This document shows, one piece after another, positions 16,983 through 25,785 of a DNA stretch of 64,000 nucleotides. A program made the position numbers and the translations under genes. Source of the DNA: Polyangia bacterium (lineage in GTDB: Bacteria; Myxococcota_A; Polyangia; Fen-1088). Location: positions 4,638-68,637 of the forward strand of contig DASXOE010000020.1 of the NCBI GenBank assembly GCA_036494575.1. Reading direction: 5' to 3'. Within the stretch, counting starts at the first letter, position 1; the number at the start of each line of letters is the position of its first letter. The notes beneath the pieces are model-generated. The model ran no database searches, had not been told where the DNA came from, and saw only the letters and a program-made list of their open reading frames with translations.

Positions 16983-17051
16983 CCCGCTTCGCGGGGCGAG
17001 GGGATCAAAAGCGGGCTATCCCTGCTTCGCGGCAAGAGGGGATCGGAAGCG
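16983..17051. repeat. Two tandem imperfect ~32-bp units (period ~37 bp), each a small imperfect palindrome, in a divergent promoter region
   Basis: Units: cccgcttcgcggggcgaggggatcaaaagcg and ccctgcttcgcggcaagaggggatcggaagcg. The core CCCGC-TTC-GCGGG can fold as a hairpin. Resembles REP-type intergenic elements. Confidence 0.5.
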
Positions 17052-17066
17052 AGGTAAGCTGGGCGC

Positions 17067-18197
17067 GTGTCCGAGCCGGAGCGGGACCTCGACGCCGTCG
17101 TAATCGGCGCCGGCGTCATCGGGCTCGCCGTGGCGCGCGCGCTCGCGCGCGCGGGGCGAGACGTCGTCGTGCTCGAGGCCGCCGAGGCCGCGGGCACCGG
17201 GACGAGCGCGCGCAACTCGGAGGTGATCCACGCCGGGACCTATTACCCGCCGGGCTCGCTCAAGGCCCGTCTCTGCGTCGAGGGCCGCCGCGCCCTCACG
17301 GCGTACTCGGCCGCGCGCGGCGTCGCCCAGCGCCCTGTGGGCAAGCTCATCGTCGCGACGAGCGCCGCCGAGCTCGCGACGCTCGACGACTACGCGCGTC
17401 GCGGCGCCGCCAACGGCGTCTCGGATCTGCGCACGCTCGACGTGGCGGAGGCGCGCGCGCTCGAGCCCGACCTCCGCTGCACGGGCGCGCTGCTCTCGCC
17501 CTCGACGGGCATCGTCGACGCCCACGGGCTCATGCGCGCGCTCGAGGGCGACGCGCGCGACGCCGGAGCCGCCTTCGCCTTCCGCGCGCCCGTCCTCGGC
17601 GGCACGCTCGCACCCGACGGCCTGCACCTGCGCGTGGGCGGCGAGGCGCCCGCGACCGTGCGCTGCTCGACCGTCGTCAACGCCGCGGGCTTGTCCGCGC
17701 AGGCGGTCGCGCGGCGGCTCGAGGGACTCGCGCCCGCGACGATCCCACCTCTCTTCTACGCCAAGGGTCATTACTTCGCCCTCGCCGGCCCGTCGCCTTT
17801 CCGGCGGCTCGTCTATCCGCTCGCGACGCGAGAGCACCTCGGCGTCCACCTGACGCTCGACCTGGCCGGTCAAGCCCGCTTCGGCCCCGACGTCTCCTGG
17901 ACGAGCGCCGTCGACTACACCTTCGACGAGGGCCGGGCGCCCGCGTTCTACGCAGCCATCCGTCGCTACTGGCCGGCGCTGCCCGACGGCGCGCTGCGCC
18001 CGGGCACCACGGGCATTCGCCCCAAGCTCGCGCCCGCGGGCGCCTCCCCGGCAGACTTCGTCATTCAGGGCCCCGAAGCTCACGGCGTCGCCGGGCTCGT
18101 CAATCTCTACGGCATCGAGTCGCCAGGCCTGACCGCCTGCCTCGCCATCGCCGATGACGTCCTCGAGCACCTGGGTGGAGGCCCGTTGGCGAGTTGA
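17067..18197 (+). CDS. FAD-dependent oxidoreductase (L-2-hydroxyglutarate / glycerol-3-phosphate oxidase-like DAO family)
   Basis: 376 aa. N-terminal dinucleotide fold [30 protein letters not shown]; ..[12 protein letters not shown]. Confidence 0.85.
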   Translation: MSEPERDLDAVVIGAGVIGLAVARALARAGRDVVVLEAAEAAGTGTSARNSEVIHAGTYYPPGSLKARLCVEGRRALTAYSAARGVAQRPVGKLIVATSAAELATLDDYARRGAANGVSDLRTLDVAEARALEPDLRCTGALLSPSTGIVDAHGLMRALEGDARDAGAAFAFRAPVLGGTLAPDGLHLRVGGEAPATVRCSTVVNAAGLSAQAVARRLEGLAPATIPPLFYAKGHYFALAGPSPFRRLVYPLATREHLGVHLTLDLAGQARFGPDVSWTSAVDYTFDEGRAPAFYAAIRRYWPALPDGALRPGTTGIRPKLAPAGASPADFVIQGPEAHGVAGLVNLYGIESPGLTACLAIADDVLEHLGGGPLAS

Positions 18198-18263
18198 GCT
18201 GAGCCCGCGATTCGCACGCCCGGACCTTCACAACCCGCCGCCCCGGAGTTACGCTGACGATCC

Positions 18264-19217
18264 ATGTCGTCTACGTGCCTCGTCACGGGTGGAGCCGGTT
18301 TCATCGGGTCGTCGATCGTGCGCGCCCTCCTGGCGCGCGGCGACAAGGTGCGTGTGCTCGACAACTTCTTCTCGGGCAAGCGCGAGAACCTCGCCGAGGT
18401 CGCCTCGGACGTCGACCTCCAGGAGGGCGACGTGCGGGACGACGCGGCGCTCGAGCGCGCGCTTCCGGGCGTCGAGCTCGTCTTCCACGAGGCCGCCATT
18501 CCATCGGTGCCGCGCTCGCTCGTCGATCCCCTCGGCAGCAACGAAGCGAACGCGACCGCCACGCTCAAGGTGCTGCACCACGCCAAGAAGGCCGGCGTCC
18601 GCCGCGTCGTGTACGCCGCGTCGTCGTCCGCCTACGGCGACACGCCCACGCTGCCCAAGATCGAGACGATGCGGCCCGCCCCGCTGTCTCCCTACGCCGT
18701 CGCGAAGCTCGCGGGCGAGCACTACTGTCAGGTCTATGCGAGCGCCTACGGTCTCGAGACGGTCAGCCTGCGCTACTTCAACGTCTTCGGGCCGCGCCAG
18801 GATCCCGCCTCCGAATACGCGGCCGTCATCCCGCGCTTCGTGACGGCGGCGCTCGCCGGCGCCGGCGTCACGATCTACGGCGACGGCACGCAGTCGCGCG
18901 ACTTCTGCTTCATCGACAACACCGTCGAGGCGAACCTGCAGGCCGGCGCCGCGCCCGCTGACAAGGCCTCGGGGCGCGTGTTCAACGTCGCGTGCGGCGA
19001 GGCCACGACCTTGAATCAGGTCGTCGACGTGCTGGGCTCGATCGTCGGCAAGAAGGTTGCCGTGACCTACGCGCCCGGCCGCGTGGGCGACGTCAAGCAC
19101 TCGCTGGCCGACATCACGGAGGCGCGCACCCGCCTCGGCTACAAAGGCGCCGTGTCCTTCATCGACGGTCTGCGCCGCTCCGTGGCCTGGTACGCCGAGC
19201 GCGCCAACAAGCGTTAG
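18264..19217 (+). CDS. NAD-dependent nucleotide-sugar epimerase/dehydratase (extended SDR, WbpP/UDP-sugar 4-epimerase-like)
   Basis: 317 aa. Contains CLVTGGAGFIGSSIV, ASSSAYG, SPYAVAKLAGE (YxxxK) and RYFNVFGPRQ. Confidence 0.9.
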   Translation: MSSTCLVTGGAGFIGSSIVRALLARGDKVRVLDNFFSGKRENLAEVASDVDLQEGDVRDDAALERALPGVELVFHEAAIPSVPRSLVDPLGSNEANATATLKVLHHAKKAGVRRVVYAASSSAYGDTPTLPKIETMRPAPLSPYAVAKLAGEHYCQVYASAYGLETVSLRYFNVFGPRQDPASEYAAVIPRFVTAALAGAGVTIYGDGTQSRDFCFIDNTVEANLQAGAAPADKASGRVFNVACGEATTLNQVVDVLGSIVGKKVAVTYAPGRVGDVKHSLADITEARTRLGYKGAVSFIDGLRRSVAWYAERANKR

Positions 19218-19235
19218 ACGAAGATCTCGCCGAGC

Positions 19236-20513
19236 CTAGCCGGGCAGCTCGAGGCCGAGCAGCGCGACGTCGTCGCGGCCGTGCGCCGAGTGTTCGACGG
19301 CGGTCAGGATGCGCCGGTGAATCTCCGCGAGATCGTGCGACGAGTTCTGCACGACGTCCGCGAGCCGGCATTGTCCCATGGTCGAGCAGGGCCGGCGGTG
19401 GCCCGCGAAAAGCTCGAAGACGCCGTCGGTGGCGAGGAGCAGGATGTCGCCGGGCTCGGCCGGGAACACCTCCTCGTCGAAGTCAGCGGAAGGCATCATC
19501 CCGATGGGCGGGCCAGAGGCATAGGCGAGCCCGATGACGGAGCCCGAGCGCCTCCGCAGCAGCGGGACGACGTGCCCCGCGTTCGCCACGACCCAGCGGC
19601 CCTTGGGCAGGTCGAGCAGCACGCAGACGACGGTCACGAACCGGTCGTCCTGCATGCGACCCGGCAGCGAGCCGTTGAGGCGGGCCAAGATCTCGCCGGG
19701 CCCGGTCGTCTCGGCCGCCAGACGACGGAGCTCCGAGCTGATGCGCGACATCATGAGAGCGGCCGTCACGCCCTTGCCCGAGACGTCTCCGATGGCCGCC
19801 AGCAGGCGCCCGTCGCCGAGGTCGATGAAGTCGTAGAAGTCGCCGCCCACGGCGAAGGCCGGCAGATACTCGGCGAGGACGCGGACGCCCGCCGAGTTGC
19901 TCTCGAGCGGGCGCGGCAAGAACATCCTCTGCATCTCGCGCGCAGAAGCCATGTCGCGCTGAAACCACAGGGCCGTCGACTGGCCGCCCCGCGCCTGCAC
20001 GCGCGTGAGGATGGCGGCCACGCCGCGCGCGAGCGTCGTCAAGCCCTCGAGATCGCGCGGCGCGAACTCCGGCGCCGACGTGCGTCGCTGCACGATGATG
20101 AAGCCGGACCAGGTCTCGGCGCCGTCGACGGGGACGCACAAGGCCGGACCGAACCCGAGCCCGGCGTCCCCCGCTGCGAGATGCGGCGTCGCGGGAATGA
20201 CCCGCACCGCTTGGCTGCCCTCCTGGACGCCGGCGACGGCGCTCATGAGCGCGTGGCCCGCGACCGGATCGCAGACCGCGCGCAGCTCGCTCGCGGGGCC
20301 GGAAGGCAGGAACAGGTCGGAGGCGGCGACGTCCGACCACAGCATCGAGATCGTCGTGACGAGCCGCTGCCCGAGCTCGAGGAGGTTCTCCGGCTCGCCG
20401 ATGGCGCCGAGCGCCTGCTGAACGGGGAGGGGCGACGCGTCCCCACCGAGCATGGCCGCGTCGATCAACGCGGCTGCGTCCGAGACGAATTCCCGTGTCT
20501 TCGTTACCGGCAC
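19236..20513 (-). CDS. GAF-domain PP2C-type serine phosphatase (RsbU/SpoIIE family)
   Basis: 425 aa. The C-terminal PPM domain has ..REMQRMFLP.., ..AFAVGGDFYDFIDLGDGRLLAAIGDVSGKGVTAALMM.. and ..LLLATDGVFE... The N-terminal ~170 aa is GAF-like. GTG start. Confidence 0.85.
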   Translation of the reverse strand: MPVTKTREFVSDAAALIDAAMLGGDASPLPVQQALGAIGEPENLLELGQRLVTTISMLWSDVAASDLFLPSGPASELRAVCDPVAGHALMSAVAGVQEGSQAVRVIPATPHLAAGDAGLGFGPALCVPVDGAETWSGFIIVQRRTSAPEFAPRDLEGLTTLARGVAAILTRVQARGGQSTALWFQRDMASAREMQRMFLPRPLESNSAGVRVLAEYLPAFAVGGDFYDFIDLGDGRLLAAIGDVSGKGVTAALMMSRISSELRRLAAETTGPGEILARLNGSLPGRMQDDRFVTVVCVLLDLPKGRWVVANAGHVVPLLRRRSGSVIGLAYASGPPIGMMPSADFDEEVFPAEPGDILLLATDGVFELFAGHRRPCSTMGQCRLADVVQNSSHDLAEIHRRILTAVEHSAHGRDDVALLGLELPG

Positions 20514-20741
20514 TGCCCCACCTTCGTGCTACAAGGTACTACATTGGCGACTCGTGGCGCTACACCTAGTAGCGACTAGAAACCCGTGTTACGCAACACA
20601 GGTCCTGCAGACCGTAAGCCCTGACAGCGGCTAACGTTTGTGTGTGACGCGTTGCGCGCACCGCCATCTTCGGTCCCCTCAGATGCATCGAGGCACACCG
20701 AAGTGCATCGAACGGAGCCGGGCGCGGCTTGAGCGCCGATC

Positions 20742-21095
20742 TCAGTGTTTGGACGTCGAGGTGCTGCCGGCCGGCGCGGGCGCGGCGATCTCGGCGCCCA
20801 CCATGACTCGGTCCAGACGAAGCAGCCGAAAGATTGCGAGCGGCTGATCGCGCAGGCCCGTGAGCACGACGCTGCCGCCCTGGGCGCGCGCGCGTTTGTA
20901 AAGAGAAACGAGCGCGCCGACGCCGGAGCTGTCCACCATGCGCAGGCGCGAGAGATCGACGTCGACGCGCGCAGGCTGGCGCGCCAGCAGCTTCTCGAGG
21001 TCGGTGCGAAGGTCGGAGACGCTCACGGCGTCGAGCTCGCCTTCGATGGCCAAGCGCTCGGAACCGTCTTCAGCGGTGGAGATCGTGAACGTCAT
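20742..21095 (-). CDS. STAS-domain anti-sigma-factor antagonist (RsbV/SpoIIAA-like)
   Basis: 117 aa. The phosphorylatable-serine motif is present: RMVDSSGVGALVSLY. Its ATG overlaps the upstream kinase stop (ATGA at 21092-21095). Confidence 0.85.
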   Translation of the reverse strand: MTFTISTAEDGSERLAIEGELDAVSVSDLRTDLEKLLARQPARVDVDLSRLRMVDSSGVGALVSLYKRARAQGGSVVLTGLRDQPLAIFRLLRLDRVMVGAEIAAPAPAGSTSTSKH

Positions 21096-21544
21096 CGAGG
21101 TGTCCCTTCGGCTTTGGGCGCCTCGTCCGCGGGTTCGGAGGGGAGAGTCTTCGATAGGGTAAGCACGTTGGGGCGGCCGGGCGTGTAGCTGATATCCATG
21201 AACGCTTTAATGATGAAAAGTCCCCACCCCGATTCCGGCAGGCTGTCGAAATCGGGCGGCGGGACGGTGGTGGGATCGAAGCTGGAGCCGTAGTCCCTCA
21301 TGGCGATCGTGATGCGATCGAGCGTGGCGCGGATCTCGATCTCGATCTCGCCGTCGCCGCGGCCCTCGTAACCGTGCAGCACGATGTTGTTGAAGGCCTC
21401 ACCGACGGCGGACACGACCTGCATGCGGAACTCGTTCCACGTCGGGCCTTGTGGCCGGCGCGTGACGAGCTTGCATGCGGCTGAAACCGCACGAAGCGTG
21501 ACGTCGCGGTGATCCAAGGTTCCGGTCATGAGGATCCGTATCAA
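21092..21544 (-). CDS. Anti-sigma regulatory Ser/Thr kinase (RsbW/SpoIIAB-like, HATPase_c)
   Basis: 150 aa. N-box EAFNNIVLHGY, G1 RDYGSSFDP, G2 SGWGLFIIKAF. The track start is a TTG at 21544; the alternative ATG at 21529 gives 145 aa. Confidence 0.8.
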   Translation of the reverse strand: MIRILMTGTLDHRDVTLRAVSAACKLVTRRPQGPTWNEFRMQVVSAVGEAFNNIVLHGYEGRGDGEIEIEIRATLDRITIAMRDYGSSFDPTTVPPPDFDSLPESGWGLFIIKAFMDISYTPGRPNVLTLSKTLPSEPADEAPKAEGTPR

Positions 21545-21617
21545 GGCGCCCCACTAACTCATACCATCACCACCGCTCAGGTGGTTCGGATTCGTCAATT
21601 CGTTGTAGGGTACGCCC

Positions 21618-22355
21618 GTGGATCGGTCCGTCCGCATTGCGAAGAGGTTGACAGACATCGTCGGATCGTCCTTGGGCCTCGCCCTCACGCTGCCCCTGTA
21701 TCCCCTCATCGCCGCGGCCATCTATATCGAGTCCCCAGGGCCGGTTTTTATCCGGCAGAAGCGCGCGGGTCAACTGCGGGAGCCAGACCCAGCCGCCACC
21801 GAAGGCGTGCCTCGGCCCCAGTTCCGCGTCTTCATGATGCTGAAGTTCCGCTCGATGAGGCCCGACGCGGAGAAGCTCACGGGCATCGTGCTCGCGACCG
21901 ACGACGACCCGCGCATCACGCGGGTGGGCCGGTTTCTGCGCAAGACGCGGCTCGACGAGATTCCGCAGTTCATCAACGTGCTGCTCGGACAGATGAGCCT
22001 CGTCGGCCCGCGCCCCGAGCGACCGGAGCTCGCCGAGCAGCTCGCCATGGCCATCCCCTACTTCGAGGAGCGCATGCGCGACCTCAAGCCGGGCATCACG
22101 GGTCTGGCCCAGATCTCGCTCGGGTACTCCGGGAAGCCCCTGCCCCACAGCGTGCTCGCGAAGTTCGAGGCCGACCTCACGAACCCGTTCAAGGTCGAAG
22201 GCGCGGAGGACGCGCTCGCCGATCACATGCGCATGAAGCTGCTCTACGACCTCGCGTACAGCGCCGCCACCGAGGACTTCAAGGCGTTCTTTGCCATGGA
22301 GATGCGGATCATCCTCCAGACGCCGCTCGTCATGCTGGGCGCGAAGGGAACCTGA
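21618..22355 (+). CDS. Priming polyprenyl-phosphate sugar-1-phosphate transferase (bacterial sugar transferase family, EpsB/WbaP C-terminal type)
   Basis: 245 aa. Contains [48 protein letters not shown] and [29 protein letters not shown] start. Confidence 0.9.
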   Translation: MDRSVRIAKRLTDIVGSSLGLALTLPLYPLIAAAIYIESPGPVFIRQKRAGQLREPDPAATEGVPRPQFRVFMMLKFRSMRPDAEKLTGIVLATDDDPRITRVGRFLRKTRLDEIPQFINVLLGQMSLVGPRPERPELAEQLAMAIPYFEERMRDLKPGITGLAQISLGYSGKPLPHSVLAKFEADLTNPFKVEGAEDALADHMRMKLLYDLAYSAATEDFKAFFAMEMRIILQTPLVMLGAKGT

Positions 22356-22388
22356 GGCGGCGGCCTCGGCCGTGCGGCGCTTCCAACC

Positions 22389-23525
22389 ATGACCCTCTGC
22401 GCGCTGTGGACGCTCGCGCTGCTGGCCTACACCTATTTCGGGTATCCCATCGTCATCGGCCTGCTGGCGCGGCTTCGGCCCGGCGGGTCAGCGGCGCGGA
22501 CGGCGCGAGCTGAGGACGGCGCGTCCCAGCGCGACGTCACCGTGAGCGTGCTCTTGCCGGTCTTCAACGGCGCGACGCTCCTCCGCGCCAAGCTGACCAG
22601 CTTGCTCGAGCAAGACTACCCGCCCGCGCTCCTCGACGTGCTCGTCTACTGCGACGGCTGCACCGACGAGACGGAGGCGACGGCGCGTGCGCTGGCCGCC
22701 GAGGCGCGCGCGGCGGGCCGGATCCGCGTCGTGGCGTCGGCGGAGCGCCGCGGAAAGCCGGCGGCGCTGAACGCCCTGCGCGCGCTGGCCGGCGGGGAAT
22801 TGCTCCTGCTCAACGACCTGCGACAGCCGCTGTCGCGCGGGAGCGTGCGCGCCCTGGCGCGCGCCCTCGAGGACCCGCGGGTGGGCTGTGCCACGGGCAA
22901 CCTCGTGCTCGCGGGCGGCGCGCCGAGCGGCGTGTACTGGAAGTACGAGCATTGGATTCGCCGGCAGGAGTCGCGCTTCCGCGGCGTCGTCGGCATGACG
23001 GGCGCGATCGCCATGATGAGGCGCGCAGAGCTCGACCCGCTGCCCGAAGACTTGATCCTCGACGACGTCTGGATCCCAGCGCGCCTCGGCCTGCGCGGCG
23101 AGCGCGTCACGCTCGTGGCCGACGCCGAGGCCTACGACACGGCCTTCGAGGACGAGCAGGAGTTTCGGCGCAAGGTCCGCACGCTCGCCGGGAACTATCA
23201 GCTCTTCGCGCTCGTCCCCGCGCTGCTCTCGCCCTTCGCGAATCCGTTCTGGTTCGAGCTCGTCTCGCACAAGGTCCTGCGCCTGGTCGCGCCGTGGCTC
23301 ATGCTCGTCCTCGCGGCGACGTCGACGGCCGCCGTCACGGGCGGTGGCTTCCGAGGCCTGCCGGCCGCGCTCGTCGTCGCGCAGGCCGCGTTCTACGGCG
23401 CGGCGGCCGCCGGGCGGCGCGCCGGGCGCCTCGCGGGCGTCGCGCGCACGTTCGTCGTGCTGAACCTCGCGGCCGTCGTGGGCCTCGTCAAGTACGTCAG
23501 CGGGCGCCAGCGCGTGACCTGGTAA
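22389..23525 (+). CDS. Family 2 glycosyltransferase with C-terminal transmembrane segments
   Basis: 378 aa. Contains VSVLLPVFNG, VYCDGCTDET (DxD-type), GKPAALN and C-terminal hydrophobic helices. Confidence 0.85.
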   Translation: MTLCALWTLALLAYTYFGYPIVIGLLARLRPGGSAARTARAEDGASQRDVTVSVLLPVFNGATLLRAKLTSLLEQDYPPALLDVLVYCDGCTDETEATARALAAEARAAGRIRVVASAERRGKPAALNALRALAGGELLLLNDLRQPLSRGSVRALARALEDPRVGCATGNLVLAGGAPSGVYWKYEHWIRRQESRFRGVVGMTGAIAMMRRAELDPLPEDLILDDVWIPARLGLRGERVTLVADAEAYDTAFEDEQEFRRKVRTLAGNYQLFALVPALLSPFANPFWFELVSHKVLRLVAPWLMLVLAATSTAAVTGGGFRGLPAALVVAQAAFYGAAAAGRRAGRLAGVARTFVVLNLAAVVGLVKYVSGRQRVTW

Positions 23526-23581
23526 GGGGGGCTCCCGACGTCTCCGAAGTGCGGGCACGGGCGGCGAGGCTGTGATATCTC

Positions 23582-24184
23582 ATGGCCGTGAACCGTCGGA
23601 CGATTTGGCTGCTGGCGCTGGCCTGGCCCCTGGTCTCGGGCTGCCCGCACCCCTACCGCCCCTACAACTACGCCGCCGAGCCTGATCCGCGGCAGCAGGA
23701 GTTCGTCATCGGACCCTCGGACGTCCTGCGCATCACCGTGTGGCGCAACCCCGATCTTTCGGGCGAGGCGGTCGTGCGGCCCGACGGCACCATCACGGTT
23801 CCGCTCGTGGGCGATCTGCACGCGGCAGGCCGCACCCCGGCCGAGATCCGGGCCGAGCTGACCCAGCGGCTCGCGACGTACATCAAGGACGACTCTGCCG
23901 TCGTCACCGTGGCCGTCACGGCCATCAATAGCTACCGCATCACCGTGAGCGGGAACGTCGAGCACCCTGGGACGTTCAACGCGAGCCACTACATCACGAT
24001 CTCGGAGGCCATGGCTCTCTCGGGCGGGCCCAACCGCTTCAGCGAGCCCGAGGAGGCCGTTGTCATCCGCACCGATCAACGCGGCACGCGGCGCATTCCC
24101 GTGAACTATCCGGCGATGCTGGCTGGCATTCACCCCGAGCAGAACGTCGTTCTGCTACCGGGGGACGTTCTTTACGTTCCCTGA
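23582..24184 (+). CDS. Short outer-membrane polysaccharide export (OPX/Wza-family) lipoprotein lacking the OM-spanning C-terminal part
   Basis: 200 aa. Lipobox LVSGC. The Poly_export motif is PSDVLRITVWRNPDLSGEAVVRPDGTITVPLVGDLHAAGRTPAEI, followed by an SLBB-like C-terminus. Confidence 0.85.
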   Translation: MAVNRRTIWLLALAWPLVSGCPHPYRPYNYAAEPDPRQQEFVIGPSDVLRITVWRNPDLSGEAVVRPDGTITVPLVGDLHAAGRTPAEIRAELTQRLATYIKDDSAVVTVAVTAINSYRITVSGNVEHPGTFNASHYITISEAMALSGGPNRFSEPEEAVVIRTDQRGTRRIPVNYPAMLAGIHPEQNVVLLPGDVLYVP

Positions 24185-25675
24185 GCCTGGGCCTCCGGGC
24201 CCTGAGCCTCCGGCAGCCGGCGAACCCGAGGCTCCCGTCCCAGAGTCCAGCGTCCCCTGCGGCGCGGACAGATCCTCGGGCGATCTGCCGGCGTCCTCGG
24301 GCCTGCTCTCGCCGATTGGAACCACGCCCGGCAGGACGCCGTGGAACAGCGCCGGCGCAGCCGCGCCGTGCGTGAAGGCGCCGCCGACGGTGAGCAGCAC
24401 GGTCTGGCGCTCGAGGTCCGGGATGTTGTCCGGGGGAAGGTACTGGTTGCCGAACTGGTGACTGTACGTGTAGTCGAGGCTGACCCAGAGCGGGAGCCGC
24501 TCGCTGCGCGCCGTGAACGAGGCGCCCGCCAAGCGGAGCACGTAGCCGCGGCGCGTGCCCATGTCGTCGACGAGACGCGCGTACGTGTAGCCGCCATAGC
24601 CCGCGAGGAGATAGCGCTCGCTGCGCGCCAGGGGCAGGGCCAGGCGCAGCGTCGCCTGGTCGCTGATCGTGGCGGCGCCGATGAGGAGGTTCGCCGTCGC
24701 CGTCTGTGACCCGCTCAGCGTCGCGAACCAGTAAATCTGCCGGTAGTTCAGCGAGGCCACCGCCGCCGGTTCGGCGATTTCGGTCCCGTGGAAGTCCAGG
24801 ACGCCGAGGGCGCCTGCCTTGAGCTCGACCCACCAGGCCAGCCCCAGATCGCGGCGCCAGCCGGCGAGGCTCTGCAGGATCAGGACCTGATCGGAGACGC
24901 CAGGATTGCCGGGGACGATGTTGTCCGAGACGTCGAGCTCCAAGCTGAAGAGGTTCTGCCCGACCTCGTGCTCGCCGCGCCCGAACGCGCCGACGACGAA
25001 GGTGCCGTCGAAGGCGCCCGGCGCGTTCAGGTAGTGCACGCCGGCGAAGCGCAGGTTTTGCAGGATGCGCGAGCGCCTCCCGATGATATGGACGAGCTCC
25101 TCCGTGGCGCTCAGCGAGATGATGCTGCTGCTGATTGCGGACTGCGCGACCTGGCTGCTGGCACCGCCGATGTCGAGGCCCGTCGGGTTCGACGCGCGCC
25201 CGTAAGCCACGCTCGCGCCGAGCCGGAGCTGCGTCGGCGGCGACAGATTCAGATCTGACAGCCAGGCGAGCTCCTGCGCCAAGGACGACGGCCCCCGGCT
25301 GTGGAAGTAGAACGTTTCAGCCAGGCGATAGCCGAGCGAATGGTCCGCGTGCGCCTTGCGCAGCCGCGCGCGCGCGATCCCGGCGACGATACCGAACTCG
25401 TCGCTCCTGGGGGGCTGCATGCCGGGAACGGCGGGAGGGACCAGGGCGGCGTTGTCGGTGTAACCCACGCTCACCGTCGGCAAACCCTCGAGGACGACGT
25501 CCCCGCGCGCCACGCCGGCTCCGCCGACGGTCACGGCTCCCACGACGACGGCCAGAAGGGTCGCCGCGCCGCCCGTTCTCCCGCCCGGCGCGGCCCCTCG
25601 ATTCATCGCCGAGCGCGGCGCGCGGCGCACACCCTCGCAGCAACGATCGTGCATGACCGGCCTGCCGCTCTTCAT
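24155..25675 (-). CDS. Putative outer-membrane beta-barrel protein of the EPS export apparatus
   Basis: Signal-like AATLLAVVVGAVTVGGAGVARG. Alternating aromatic/Gly-rich strands (LLAGYGGYTYARL, SLDYTYSHQFGNQY). Pro/Gly/Ser-rich C-terminal tail. The start is uncertain (25675, or ATG 25606 giving MNRGAAPGG..). The 3' end overlaps the OPX gene by 30 nt on the opposite strand. Confidence 0.55.
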   Translation of the reverse strand: MKSGRPVMHDRCCEGVRRAPRSAMNRGAAPGGRTGGAATLLAVVVGAVTVGGAGVARGDVVLEGLPTVSVGYTDNAALVPPAVPGMQPPRSDEFGIVAGIARARLRKAHADHSLGYRLAETFYFHSRGPSSLAQELAWLSDLNLSPPTQLRLGASVAYGRASNPTGLDIGGASSQVAQSAISSSIISLSATEELVHIIGRRSRILQNLRFAGVHYLNAPGAFDGTFVVGAFGRGEHEVGQNLFSLELDVSDNIVPGNPGVSDQVLILQSLAGWRRDLGLAWWVELKAGALGVLDFHGTEIAEPAAVASLNYRQIYWFATLSGSQTATANLLIGAATISDQATLRLALPLARSERYLLAGYGGYTYARLVDDMGTRRGYVLRLAGASFTARSERLPLWVSLDYTYSHQFGNQYLPPDNIPDLERQTVLLTVGGAFTHGAAAPALFHGVLPGVVPIGESRPEDAGRSPEDLSAPQGTLDSGTGASGSPAAGGSGPGGPGSGNVKNVPR

Positions 25676-25785
25676 CGGCGGAAACCGTAACCCATCCCGG
25701 TCGAGGCGGCGAGGGGTTGACGGAGCGGATTCTGAATCCGAACCACGACCTTGCGTAGGTCGCTTCGCGATGTTGGAATGCGTCC

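Noticed and set aside
13880-18157. 1425-aa plus-strand ORF spanning the two ABC-F genes and the FAD oxidoreductase region
   Set aside because: It is antisense or out of frame relative to genes with clear Walker/LSGG motifs. The composition is Arg/Ala/Gly/Glu-rich with no motifs, typical of a stop-codon-poor shadow ORF in ~70% GC DNA.
20711-20726. Short hairpin AGCCG-GGCG-CGGCT just downstream of the STAS gene, as a terminator
   Set aside because: The stem is only 5 bp with no U-tract. The phosphatase gene downstream may be co-transcribed. The support is too weak to annotate.
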